Positions 27,657 to 36,778 of a stretch of DNA of 64,000 nucleotides are shown here, piece after piece. The position numbers and the translations under genes were made by a program. Source of the DNA: Candidatus Pacearchaeota archaeon (GTDB lineage: Archaea; Nanobdellota; Nanobdellia; Pacearchaeales; GW2011-AR1); assembly GCA_018303825.1 (NCBI GenBank), contig JAGVXK010000018.1, forward strand, positions 1-64,000, read 5' to 3'. Positions within the stretch are counted from its first letter, which is position 1, and each line of letters begins with the position of its first letter. The notes under the pieces are model-generated. The model saw nothing but the letters and a program-made list of their open reading frames with translations, made no database searches and was not told where the DNA came from.

Positions 27657-27800
27657 ATGGATTACGGGTTTTCTGAAAGAAGGAAGAATAAGAATGATAA
27701 AAGGGCTAAGTCCAGGTTTAACAAATTTAAAAGAGGCGGACGGTTCAGAACTAGTAATGTTAATAATATTAATTCAACTGAGAATAAGGGTGAGAAATGA
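27657..27800 (+). CDS. Possible 47-aa basic microprotein (not in ORF track)
   Basis: MDYGFSERRKNKNDKRAKSRFNKFKRGGRFRTSNVNNINSTENKGEK*; ATGA overlap with the peptidase start. Confidence 0.45.
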   Translation: MDYGFSERRKNKNDKRAKSRFNKFKRGGRFRTSNVNNINSTENKGEK

Positions 27801-28654
27801 ATGAGTATTATTTCTTGTTTGCATTAGTATTAGTTTATGCACTGTTTGCTGTTGTTCAGGATTTAAAGAAAAAAGAAGTGGCTAATTGGCTTAATTTGTC
27901 TTTGATTGCTTTTGCCCTTGCCTATAGGGCCCTTTACTCGCTTTACATAAAAGATATGAACTTTTTCGTTTTTGGATTAGTTGGATTGATTGTGTTTTAC
28001 ATAGTTGGTTCAATATTCTACTATTCTAAGGCATTTGGAGGGGGGGACGTAAAATTATTGGCTGGAGTAGGGGTTATACTGCCTTTCAAGAGCTATTCTG
28101 GCGTTCTCTTTGTTTTATTGGAGTTTCTAATAATCTTGTTTTTTATCGGAGCAGTTTATACTTTGATTTATAGCATTGTTCTTGCATTTAAGAACAGGAA
28201 GATATTCAAGAAAGAATTTTCTTTATTATTTAAAAGATATTGGAGATTTCTTCTAATTATAGCTACTTTTGCCATTCTTTTAGGGTTTTTCATAGGGGTT
28301 TTTAACTCGGGGGGGTTGGGAGTGGGAGTTGCGGTATTTTTTGTTCTTATTTCTATTTTATATGTTTATTTGAAGGCCTTAGATAAAGGAATGATAATTA
28401 AAATAAAACCAGACAAATTAACAGAAGGCGACTGGATATTGCAGGATATAAAATTGAATGGATATATTGTTAAAAATACAGTTCATGGACTTACATTAAA
28501 AGATATTCAAATGTTGAGGAAGGCTAAAAAGGAGGTTTATGTCAAGACAGGAATTCCTTTTGTTCCTGCCGTGTTTTTTGCTTTGTTAGTTATGGTATTC
28601 TTCTCTCTAGTTTTAAAGTCAGACCTTCTGATTTTGCTTTTTTCCCGATTTTAA
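27797..28654 (+). CDS. A24 prepilin/prearchaellin peptidase
   Basis: QDLKKKEV and GGGDVKL aspartate motifs, L.EGDWI, GIPFVPA. Confidence 0.9.
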   Translation: MNEYYFLFALVLVYALFAVVQDLKKKEVANWLNLSLIAFALAYRALYSLYIKDMNFFVFGLVGLIVFYIVGSIFYYSKAFGGGDVKLLAGVGVILPFKSYSGVLFVLLEFLIILFFIGAVYTLIYSIVLAFKNRKIFKKEFSLLFKRYWRFLLIIATFAILLGFFIGVFNSGGLGVGVAVFFVLISILYVYLKALDKGMIIKIKPDKLTEGDWILQDIKLNGYIVKNTVHGLTLKDIQMLRKAKKEVYVKTGIPFVPAVFFALLVMVFFSLVLKSDLLILLFSRF

Positions 28655-29228
28655 TTTTTTTTATTCTTTTTTTTACTATTTTTAATTTCTGCTCTAGTTC
28701 TTGGAGTTGCTTTTCATTTGCATCTGTTCTTGGAGATAGAAGATTTAGGGATTTATCATAAATAGGAATGACATTTATTATCATCTCTCCGAATTTGTAT
28801 TCTGTCTGGATTTCAGATGATTTCGCCTCTAATTTTTTTGATATTCTTTTTGCTATCTTCTTGGAAAGGTTAAAGCACGAATTGGGAAGAGATTTTGCTT
28901 CAGTTACTGGTTTTTTTGGAATGATGACAATATGAGCATTTGAAACTGGCTTAATGTCCAGAACAGCCAGGGCATCTTTGTTTTCCGCAATGACATATGC
29001 CTTGATATCTCCGTCGACGATTGAACGAAAAACTCCCTTCTGTGGTTTATTTGTGTTTCCAGATTTTTCCTGCTGCTGTTTTATCATGGCTTCCAATGCT
29101 TGCGGAGAAAGAGAGGCAATTTGGTTTAGTGCAGCTTCTTTTTGCTGTTGTGGAAGATCTTTAACCTGCTCTCTGAGCTGTTCTTTCAGTTCTTCTATCT
29201 GTTCGGGTGTTAGTGCCATTTTATTCAT
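28590..29228 (-). CDS. HIT-fold protein with helical N-terminal extension; histidine triad degenerate
   Basis: FRSIVDGDI, LAVLDIKPVSNAHIVIIPK; EMIINVIP in place of HxHxHxx. Confidence 0.75.
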   Translation of the reverse strand: MNKMALTPEQIEELKEQLREQVKDLPQQQKEAALNQIASLSPQALEAMIKQQQEKSGNTNKPQKGVFRSIVDGDIKAYVIAENKDALAVLDIKPVSNAHIVIIPKKPVTEAKSLPNSCFNLSKKIAKRISKKLEAKSSEIQTEYKFGEMIINVIPIYDKSLNLLSPRTDANEKQLQELEQKLKIVKKRIKKIKIGKKAKSEGLTLKLERRIP

Positions 29229-29293
29229 AGAAATGTGGGTTTTATATAGGTTACTAGGAGATGGTCATTACTTTGATTTAATCAGAATGATAA

Positions 29294-29569
29294 TTATCCG
29301 AAGGCTCTGCGGTAGTCTTCAATTGTGACCGATGAGACTTCTTTGATTGTTGACAATATTGATTCAATCGTGTCAGTGCCTTTTTGCTCATCCAAGGCGA
29401 ATTTGATATATAATGCTTTAAGTCCAAAGGCAATTGGCTTTTCTTCGAATGAAAGATTTTTTGCTTCCTCTTTTTCCAATCTTGATTTTGCCTCCGTTTT
29501 TATGGTTTCCAAGTCAGAACTAGGGGATTCAGGCATCAATTTTACTATTATAGAGACCACTGCAGCCAT
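29294..29569 (-). CDS. ef1b: Elongation factor 1-beta
   Basis: KLMPESP..DLE, EKPIAFGLKAL. Confidence 0.92.
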   Translation of the reverse strand: MAAVVSIIVKLMPESPSSDLETIKTEAKSRLEKEEAKNLSFEEKPIAFGLKALYIKFALDEQKGTDTIESILSTIKEVSSVTIEDYRRAFG

Positions 29570-29665
29570 AGGCTGAATTGATTTTTTAGGTTTATAAACC
29601 TAATTAGTAAAAACTCTCCTAGCAAAAAAATAAAGTTAAAAATTAAAAAGATAAATTATGGAATT

Positions 29666-29845
29666 TTACTTCTTGAATAGGGCAATTAGCTCCCAGATGC
29701 CTGCCAATCCAACTAGTGCATAGATAATTGTTGTTACGATTCCTAAACCACCTAAAACTCCCCCTCCATCGTTGAATGCTCCGATTCCCCAGTTAAGCGC
29801 ACCAATTATGACTAGTATTCTTGCTACCCAATCAATTGTGTTCAT
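29666..29845 (-). CDS. DUF378-family small membrane protein (not in ORF track)
   Basis: MNTIDWVARILVIIGALNWG...IIYALVGLAGIW. Confidence 0.85.
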   Translation of the reverse strand: MNTIDWVARILVIIGALNWGIGAFNDGGGVLGGLGIVTTIIYALVGLAGIWELIALFKK

Positions 29846-29981
29846 TTTTAATAACCTCCTTTCAATACAATAAGTTATCTAAATTAATATTAATGGGTAT
29901 TTAAAGGTTTTTGAAATATGTTTATCGAACATATCTTTGAGGTATCAAAATACTTTTAAAGAGGCGTTTTTTAGACATTGG

Positions 29982-30917
29982 ATGAACAACTATGGGCAAC
30001 TGATTGCTAAGATTTCTGAATATGCAAAACTGAATAGTGATGAGATTGAGAGAAGGGTGGAGGCAAAAAGAGCAAAGTTATCCGGATTGGTAAGCAAAGA
30101 GGGAGCAGCGCAGATAGTTGCAGCTGAATTGGGGATTAATTTTGACAAGGAAAAAATGAAAATCTCTGAATTGGTTCAGGGAATGAAAAGGGCGAATATA
30201 TTGGGAAAGATAATAGATGTTTCTCCGGTCAGGGAGTTTAATAAAAACAACCGGCAGGGGAAGGTTGTTAATTTGCTTGTTGCGGACGAGAGTTCAAATG
30301 TAAAGGTAGTTTTATGGGATACAAATCATATTAATTTAATTGAAACTGGAAAGTTAAAGACAGGAGACATAGTTGAAATATCAAATGGAAATGTCAGAAA
30401 CGGGGAATTACATTTGAGTTCATTTTCAGATATAAAACAGAGCAAACAAGAAGTTGGAAATGTTGTGACGAAGAAGATGTTCAATCAGAAAAAATTAATA
30501 GAAACTAAGGTCGGGGAGAGCCTGAAAACGAGGGCATATATTGTCCAGGTGTTTGACCCTCATTATTTTGAAATATGCCCTGAATGCAGAAGGAAAGCCA
30601 ATGAGGGAGAATGCAGCGTGCACGGCAAGATAAATCCTATTAAAAGAGCAATAATGAACATAATCTTAGATGACGGAACAGAGACAATAAGATCTGTCAT
30701 AGTTGGGGAAAATATTAACCTTCTTGGCTTGGACGATGAGCAGATATTTTCATTGGAAAAGTTTGCAGAAAATAAAAATTCTCTTTTAGGAGAAGAAAAA
30801 ATATTCTCGGGAAATGTACGGACAAATACTATGTTTAATAATGCAGAGTTCAGCATAGAAAAAGTGGAAGGTGTTTCTGCAGATGAGCTGATTAAAGAGC
30901 TGCAGGCTAAGCAATAA
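29982..30917 (+). CDS. Replication protein A / multi-OB-fold ssDNA-binding protein with Zn finger
   Basis: LVADESSNVKVVLWD, CPEC..C..HG, ILDDGTETIR; ATG 29982. Confidence 0.85.
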   Translation: MNNYGQLIAKISEYAKLNSDEIERRVEAKRAKLSGLVSKEGAAQIVAAELGINFDKEKMKISELVQGMKRANILGKIIDVSPVREFNKNNRQGKVVNLLVADESSNVKVVLWDTNHINLIETGKLKTGDIVEISNGNVRNGELHLSSFSDIKQSKQEVGNVVTKKMFNQKKLIETKVGESLKTRAYIVQVFDPHYFEICPECRRKANEGECSVHGKINPIKRAIMNIILDDGTETIRSVIVGENINLLGLDDEQIFSLEKFAENKNSLLGEEKIFSGNVRTNTMFNNAEFSIEKVEGVSADELIKELQAKQ

Positions 30918-31113
30918 GTTTAAATTTAATGTTTTCTTTCTTTGGGAATGTTAATGAAAGTTCTTAGAAATAGGGCTTGGGAAGTCTTAGGCAAGATAAG
31001 GGTTGTTGGAGCAACTAGAACAAAGACCTTGGAGAGGATAAGGTTTTTACCGAGGTAAAAATGTTAATTATATTTAAAAAACATAAGAAAAGTAGGGTTC
31101 ACAAGGTGAAAAG

Positions 31114-31563
31114 ATGTTAATGAAAACACATTTGGCGATAGGGGTTTTTCTTTTGGCTTTGTTTCTTCCGCATGTCAATTATGAATTTATCTTTTTGCCA
31201 GTTATTTTAATAGCTTCAATACTTCCAGACATTGACAGTGCATTTTCCACAGTTGGAAAGAATAGAATCTTTAGATTTTTGCAATGGGTGACAAAACACA
31301 GGGGAGTAATACACAGTTTTACACTATGCCTTATCATTTCAGTTATTTTTGCCATAATATATCCGCCTTTGGCATTTCCTTTCTTTTTAGGGTATGGAAT
31401 ACATTTGTTTGTTGATAGTTTTACAGTTGATGGGATAAGGCCTTTCTGGCCCTGGGGTGCAACCGTAAATGGAAAAGTAAGAACTGGAGGGAGTATAGAG
31501 TATTTAATCTTCGTAATATTTTGCGTTATTGATGTTGCAATGATAATCAATTGGTTTTTGTAA
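31114..31563 (+). CDS. Membrane metal-dependent hydrolase (YdjM-like)
   Basis: M.KTH, LPDID, HRGVIHS, HL.VDSFT..GI..FWP. Confidence 0.85.
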   Translation: MLMKTHLAIGVFLLALFLPHVNYEFIFLPVILIASILPDIDSAFSTVGKNRIFRFLQWVTKHRGVIHSFTLCLIISVIFAIIYPPLAFPFFLGYGIHLFVDSFTVDGIRPFWPWGATVNGKVRTGGSIEYLIFVIFCVIDVAMIINWFL

Positions 31564-31746
31564 TTATCTCTCAGCCTTGTAGTTTTTTCTATGAGAAGTT
31601 TCAGAATTTAGCCGTAATTCATATTTTTCTTCCTTTTGCATAAGTTCAATAATTGAAGCAGACTCAAATCTCGCTAAAGGTTCATTACAAGGGGCATCTA
31701 TGTATCCTACGAATTCTTCTAAGTGCATTATTGACGCCTTTTTCAT
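31564..31746 (-). CDS. Small hypothetical protein
   Basis: 60 aa from ATG 31746, divergent from radA. Confidence 0.4.
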   Translation of the reverse strand: MKKASIMHLEEFVGYIDAPCNEPLARFESASIIELMQKEEKYELRLNSETSHRKNYKAER

Positions 31747-31860
31747 ATAAATAATATTATTTTCTAATTTATAATATTTTGTTTTATTAAAATAATATCT
31801 TTTTAGAAGTGTATTTTTGAGTAGTATAATCTTTATAAATGAAGACATTGTGAAATTGGA

Positions 31861-32862
31861 ATGGCTAAAGAGGAAGAAGACAAAGAGGAAAAGAGAAAAG
31901 AAGGTAAAAAAGAGGAGGTGGGCCTTACAGATGTTCCTGGAATAGGCCCCGGCATTGCTGCGAAGCTTGAAAATGCAGGAGTTTATGATTTAATGGGCTT
32001 GGCTGTAATGAGTCCGGCGGTTTTGGCAGATACAGCCGGGGTAGGAGAGGCTGTTGCCAGAAAGGCAATTCAGGCAGCTAGAAATATGCTTAAACTTGGA
32101 TTTGTTTCTGGAGATGAATTTGCAAAAAACAGGGAAAATGTAAATAATGTTACAACTGGAAGTGTTAATTTGAACAATCTTCTGGGAGGAAAAGGGATAG
32201 AAACAAAAGCGATAACTGAGGCGTATGGTGCATATGGTAGTGGAAAGACACAGCTGGGTTTATGCCTGGCTGTGAACGTCCAGCTGCCAAAAGAACAAGG
32301 GGGGGCAAATGGAAAAGCAGTATTTATCGATACGGAAGGAACATTCAGGCCGAGCAGAATAAGGCAGATTGCAGAAGGAATAGGGGCAAATTCTGAAAAA
32401 GTGCTAAAAAATATTCTGGTTGCGAGGGCATTTAATTCAGACCATCAGATTTTATTATTGGATAAAGTAGGAGAGTTAATAAGGGATGGGGAACCTATTA
32501 AGTTGGTTATTATAGACTCTTTAACTGCGCATTTCAGAGCAGAATTCACAGGAAGAGGACAGCTGGCAGACAGACAGCATAAATTGAACAAGTATTTACA
32601 TAGTTTGATGAAGCTGGCAGAGCAGTATAATCTTGCGATTTATGTTACAAATCAGGTAATGGCAAATCCTGCAATGATGTTTGGAGACCCCACAACTCCT
32701 GTCGGGGGCAACATTTTAGGGCACGCCTCAACATATAGGGTATATTTAAGAAGGGGCAAGCAAGGTTCAAGAGTAGCAAAAATGATTGATTCTCCTAATC
32801 TTCCTGAAAATGAGTGCCAGTTTTGGCTAACAGAAAAAGGTTTGAAAGACGAAGAGGAATAA
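31861..32862 (+). CDS. radA: DNA repair and recombination protein RadA
   Basis: N-terminal HhH, GAYGSGKTQ, IDTEGTFRP, HFRAEF.GRG.LA.RQ, GGNILGH. Confidence 0.97.
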   Translation: MAKEEEDKEEKRKEGKKEEVGLTDVPGIGPGIAAKLENAGVYDLMGLAVMSPAVLADTAGVGEAVARKAIQAARNMLKLGFVSGDEFAKNRENVNNVTTGSVNLNNLLGGKGIETKAITEAYGAYGSGKTQLGLCLAVNVQLPKEQGGANGKAVFIDTEGTFRPSRIRQIAEGIGANSEKVLKNILVARAFNSDHQILLLDKVGELIRDGEPIKLVIIDSLTAHFRAEFTGRGQLADRQHKLNKYLHSLMKLAEQYNLAIYVTNQVMANPAMMFGDPTTPVGGNILGHASTYRVYLRRGKQGSRVAKMIDSPNLPENECQFWLTEKGLKDEEE

Positions 32863-33287
32863 TGCCAACTTTAGAACGAATAACGAAATGGAAAGAGGAA
32901 GCGGCTAGAAGGCAAAGTATACTTTACGAAAGAGTTTCTCAAATAAAGATGAATGAAACTTCTCAACAAGCTTCAAAAAGAAAATTAATGGGTTTAGAAT
33001 GGAGTGAATTTCCAGTTTTATTGAAAGCCAGATGGCATATTGATAACTGCTGGCATGATGGTAAACCTTTGAGGGAAGCTAAAATGAGTTGTTTTGAAAG
33101 CAGTTATGTTGGAGGAATGGATTTAAATCCAGGGTTTATAAGATATCGAGAGGCAGCCATGCAGCATGAAATTCATTTTGAACAATGTCTCAAATGCAAA
33201 TTGTTATATGCATTGCCTCCAAGTCCGAAGGATTTGGAGAGAAGAAGGAAGGTCAGAGAGATCATTTATGCCGGAAGTGGAAAATAA
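32862..33287 (+). CDS. Hypothetical protein coupled to radA
   Basis: TAATG overlap with the radA stop; one CxxC. Confidence 0.6.
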   Translation: MPTLERITKWKEEAARRQSILYERVSQIKMNETSQQASKRKLMGLEWSEFPVLLKARWHIDNCWHDGKPLREAKMSCFESSYVGGMDLNPGFIRYREAAMQHEIHFEQCLKCKLLYALPPSPKDLERRRKVREIIYAGSGK

Positions 33288-33296
33288 ATTTATAAT

Positions 33297-34448
33297 TTAA
33301 TTAATTCTCTTTGAGTTTTCAAATATTTTTATATTTCTTTTTTTAAGTTCTTTGAAAAATATTTCTGGCGGGATTCCTATTTCTGGGGAAAAAGCACCCT
33401 TTTCAGTTATGTCTCCCTTTTTCACTAATTGTGCAAGAATACTTGCGGGCATTCCAGTATCTATATTACAACCTGCGCTTTCCCAATGGTGCAATGTTGG
33501 AACAATGCTTTCCATTTGGATAAATTTCTTTTTTCCATTTTTTGTTCCATATATTCTTACCCAAAGATTTTCTTTTTCTTTGTATCCTTTAGGATATTTT
33601 ATTCTTTTTAGCATTTGAGTTAAAAAGTTTATCGGCTTTATTTTATTTCCATTAAAATTGATTTCTTCTTTGTCAGCAAATCCCAGTTTTATCAAATCTA
33701 CTATCATTCTAAAGGAATGTTCCGGGAATCCTGCATAGAATTTAATGTTTTTCAATCCTTTATTTGAAAAATAATGCAGAAAAGTATATTGTTCCGGATG
33801 TCTTACATACATTTCAGTTTCCTTTCCAATGGTGCGATGATATTCTTTCATAGTAGTCTTAAGTGGTGTTTTGAACTCAAAATGCCTGTTTTTGACTACT
33901 GGGGCTGGGCTTGTAAATTCTTCAATTACACTCTCAATTGAGAAAGGAACGACAAATTCTTTTATATTAGAATCCCAGGCGAAACCTACATGAATTTCAT
34001 TTATTTTATCAAATTTCTCTGAAGCATATCTTAGCATTATGTTTCCTATTCCAGGAACAGAGCCTATACCTGTTATGCCAACAATATTTTTCTTTTTCAT
34101 TTTTTTATTCAATGAAAATTGCTTTTTTGTCATTGGAATTTCAGAACCAAGATCAATGCAATTTACTTTCAGTTTTGTGCACAGCTTAAATACTTGATAA
34201 TTCCAGTCTCCTTCCATACAGTTGAGGACCACATTTGCTTTTGAGAATTTTATCGCTTTTCTTATCGTGTTAATTTTTGTAGCTTCGATATATCTAAATG
34301 CTGTTTTTTTATATTTTTTCAGTATATGTTCTATTCTAGATTTGTCTCTTCCGCACAAAAGAACCGAATAATTACTTTCTAAAAGATCTCTTGTAGCTAT
34401 TTTTCCCTGCATTCCTGTTGCGCCCAAAACAATAAAATCAAAACTCAA
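33297..34448 (-). CDS. Saccharopine dehydrogenase-like NAD(P)-dependent oxidoreductase
   Basis: VLGATGMQG Rossmann motif, CIDLG, GSVPGIGN, EEF..P, HPE..T. Confidence 0.85.
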   Translation of the reverse strand: MSFDFIVLGATGMQGKIATRDLLESNYSVLLCGRDKSRIEHILKKYKKTAFRYIEATKINTIRKAIKFSKANVVLNCMEGDWNYQVFKLCTKLKVNCIDLGSEIPMTKKQFSLNKKMKKKNIVGITGIGSVPGIGNIMLRYASEKFDKINEIHVGFAWDSNIKEFVVPFSIESVIEEFTSPAPVVKNRHFEFKTPLKTTMKEYHRTIGKETEMYVRHPEQYTFLHYFSNKGLKNIKFYAGFPEHSFRMIVDLIKLGFADKEEINFNGNKIKPINFLTQMLKRIKYPKGYKEKENLWVRIYGTKNGKKKFIQMESIVPTLHHWESAGCNIDTGMPASILAQLVKKGDITEKGAFSPEIGIPPEIFFKELKKRNIKIFENSKRIN

Positions 34449-34514
34449 TTTATCACCTTTCCAGTATATGTAAAATAAGGTATATAAATTTTGTTTATGA
34501 CCTAGAAAAAATTA

Positions 34515-35361
34515 TTAATTATTAGTTAAACTTTCTGGAGGGCTTTCAGGAGGTGTTTCCTGTGATGTTTCTTCTGATGCTTCATTATTGAAAAAGCCAC
34601 TGAAGAAATTTCCAATTGATTCGAAAACATTTCCTATGGCATCCCCAATTTTTGCTGTAATAACTCCCGAACCTGTTCCAGGATTGTCTCCAAACTCCGC
34701 TGATGCATCAGCACATTCAATACTGACTATACATTCATAACCTTCTCCAGAATCTCCCATTATAGGTTTTTCATAACAGTGCTCGCAGGTATTGCAGGCG
34801 CTTTTTGCCTCCTCAAGTTTTATTTCTGTTAAACAAGGCCCCGCGTATAAGTATTTGCATGACTTAGCACAGCTTTGGCATATTTCATTTCCTTTTTTTC
34901 TGCCCTCTCCTGCTTGGCAGATTAATCCCGGACTTTTGGAATTAACACAGTCTCTAATGCATTGTTCTTCTTCAGATTTTGCTTTAGGCTCTTTTATCAT
35001 CCCGCATTCTTTATCGCATATAGCTTGATTTTTTTGCTGGCAGGGGAAATCAAACTCTCCGCATCCTTTTTGTACGCAAGTTTCAACACAGCTTTCTTCA
35101 GATGTCTGCTCAGGTTTGACTACGTTGCACTGCTGCTGGCATTTATTGCCATTAGCTTCCTTGCATGCCATATCATTGCTATCACATCCAACGCTGACAC
35201 AAGACATCATACATGCTTGTTCTACTGCACTTGGACCTATGCCTGAAATTTCGGAAGAGACTTTTCCAGTTAATCTGTTAAAGGTGCCATTATAGAAAAA
35301 AAGAGTTAAAACAATCAAAAACAAGATTAACCCTGTTAATGATTAACAACCTTTTTTGCAT
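34515..35361 (-). CDS. Cys-rich exported protein; probable +1 frameshift in the signal peptide
   Basis: Three EExCxxxCV-type repeats; ATG 35361 is one base out of frame with the TTG-started ORF (35324). Confidence 0.65.
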
Positions 35362-35454
35362 TCTAGTTTAGAGATTTTGGTCTTTAAAGATTTTTTCCTT
35401 TGCGATACATGCTGCTATAATGAATTGAACATCACTCTTAACTTTGAAAGTCAA

Positions 35455-35528
35455 CGCGTCCACGAGGAATTGCACCTCGAACCTTTTCCTCCGCAAGGAA
35501 ATGCTCTATCTAATTGAGCTATGGACGC
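35455..35528 (-). tRNA. tRNA-Arg(GCG)
   Basis: Cloverleaf GCGTCCA/TGGACGC; anticodon arm TTTCC-TTGCGGA-GGAAA; T-loop TGCAATT. Confidence 0.92.
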
Positions 35529-35562
35529 ATATCAGAATTAAAATTAAAGGGTTAATAAATTA

Positions 35563-36303
35563 TTAGAAGTGACGTTCAAGCTCTTTCTTATATGAATGAA
35601 GTTCCTCTTTATTAAACCAGAGGGCAATTTCTTTTTCTGTTGTTTCTCTATTATCAGAGGCGTGCACAAGGTTTCTTATGACTCTTTTCTTTTTGTCTGC
35701 TACAGCATAACTTTCAACAGAGATAAAATCTCCTCTTATGGTTCCAGGGATGGCTTGTCTTGGTTCAGTATGGCCTAGAAGCTTTCTGGCTATTTCAATT
35801 GCGTGAGGTCCCTCAAGGACAAAGGCAATCACAGGACCTTCTTTTAAAAATGAGATTAACCAAGATTGGACAGCTTTTCCTAGCTCTTCTGGATTTTTAT
35901 ATTCCATAGGTTTATTGTCTTTATCGTGAACTGCTTTTGTTTTTGCAAATATATTTTTTGCCCATTCCATCTCAAATTCATTGCTTTTGACAAACTTCTC
36001 CTTTCCAGTTCCCTGAAAAGCCCATACATGCACTATCTTCCCACTCTTCCTTCTCACGCTCCCAATATCAATCAGATTTTCTTTCTTAGTATTCATTTCC
36101 ATTCCTGTTTCTTCCTTAAATTCTCTTAAAGTTGTTTCCAACAGCTTTTCATTATCTCCTTTTCCATCTATTTCCACTCCTCCTTTTGGAATCCCATAAT
36201 GGTCTTTATTCTTCCAATATGGTCCTCCGGGATGAGCTAAGAAAACCTTTATCTTTCCGCTATCGATGTAATACATTAGCAGTCCAGCTGATACTTCGAC
36301 CAT
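35563..36303 (-). CDS. In-frame chimera: N-terminal NUDIX hydrolase plus C-terminal part of nucleoside-diphosphate kinase
   Basis: HPGGPYW and IPKG..REFKEETG (NUDIX) joined near FEMEW to GPV...LEG, PGTIRGD, NLVHASD, EI.LWF (NDK). Confidence 0.8.
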   Translation of the reverse strand: MVEVSAGLLMYYIDSGKIKVFLAHPGGPYWKNKDHYGIPKGGVEIDGKGDNEKLLETTLREFKEETGMEMNTKKENLIDIGSVRRKSGKIVHVWAFQGTGKEKFVKSNEFEMEWAKNIFAKTKAVHDKDNKPMEYKNPEELGKAVQSWLISFLKEGPVIAFVLEGPHAIEIARKLLGHTEPRQAIPGTIRGDFISVESYAVADKKKRVIRNLVHASDNRETTEKEIALWFNKEELHSYKKELERHF

Positions 36304-36336
36304 CCTAAACTTTAAAGTTACATATTAATAAACTTT

Positions 36337-36726
36337 TCATGTGAACATACTAACTGAAAAGTAAGCAATTACACTTGCCAATACACCTATAAGAATACCA
36401 ATTGCTCCTTTCTTCCAGCCTTTATCTAGATAATATGAACAAACTACAAGCCCTATTAGTACTACAGAAGCAAAATAGGTATAAATTAAACTATCATAAA
36501 ACAAAATGGTAAAAACAACAAGAACAAGTCCCCTTGCTAAATAACTGTTATATTTCCTGTAAACAAGTCCTAAAATCAGCAAAATTATTCCAGCAATCAA
36601 AAGTTGATAAACGAACTCCCAGTAAGGTCCAATCAAAGCCCTTCCAATAACAAGTGCATAAAAAATCCAGCTTCCAAGGGCAATAAAATCGCGTGCAGTT
36701 TCAATCTTCCAGCTTTGGGCAACCAT
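36337..36726 (-). CDS. Four-TM membrane protein
   Basis: ARDFIALGSW..Y start and four hydrophobic helices. Confidence 0.75.
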   Translation of the reverse strand: MVAQSWKIETARDFIALGSWIFYALVIGRALIGPYWEFVYQLLIAGIILLILGLVYRKYNSYLARGLVLVVFTILFYDSLIYTYFASVVLIGLVVCSYYLDKGWKKGAIGILIGVLASVIAYFSVSMFT

Positions 36727-36778
36727 TTAAAACACAAAAACCACAACTTTATTAACCTTCCTTAAACCTTTATTTATC

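Noticed and set aside
17057-28654. Archaellum (motility) operon
   Set aside because: No archaellin-like sequence or ArlF/G/H cluster; the only KaiC-like ATPase is 11 kb away in a Hef operon.
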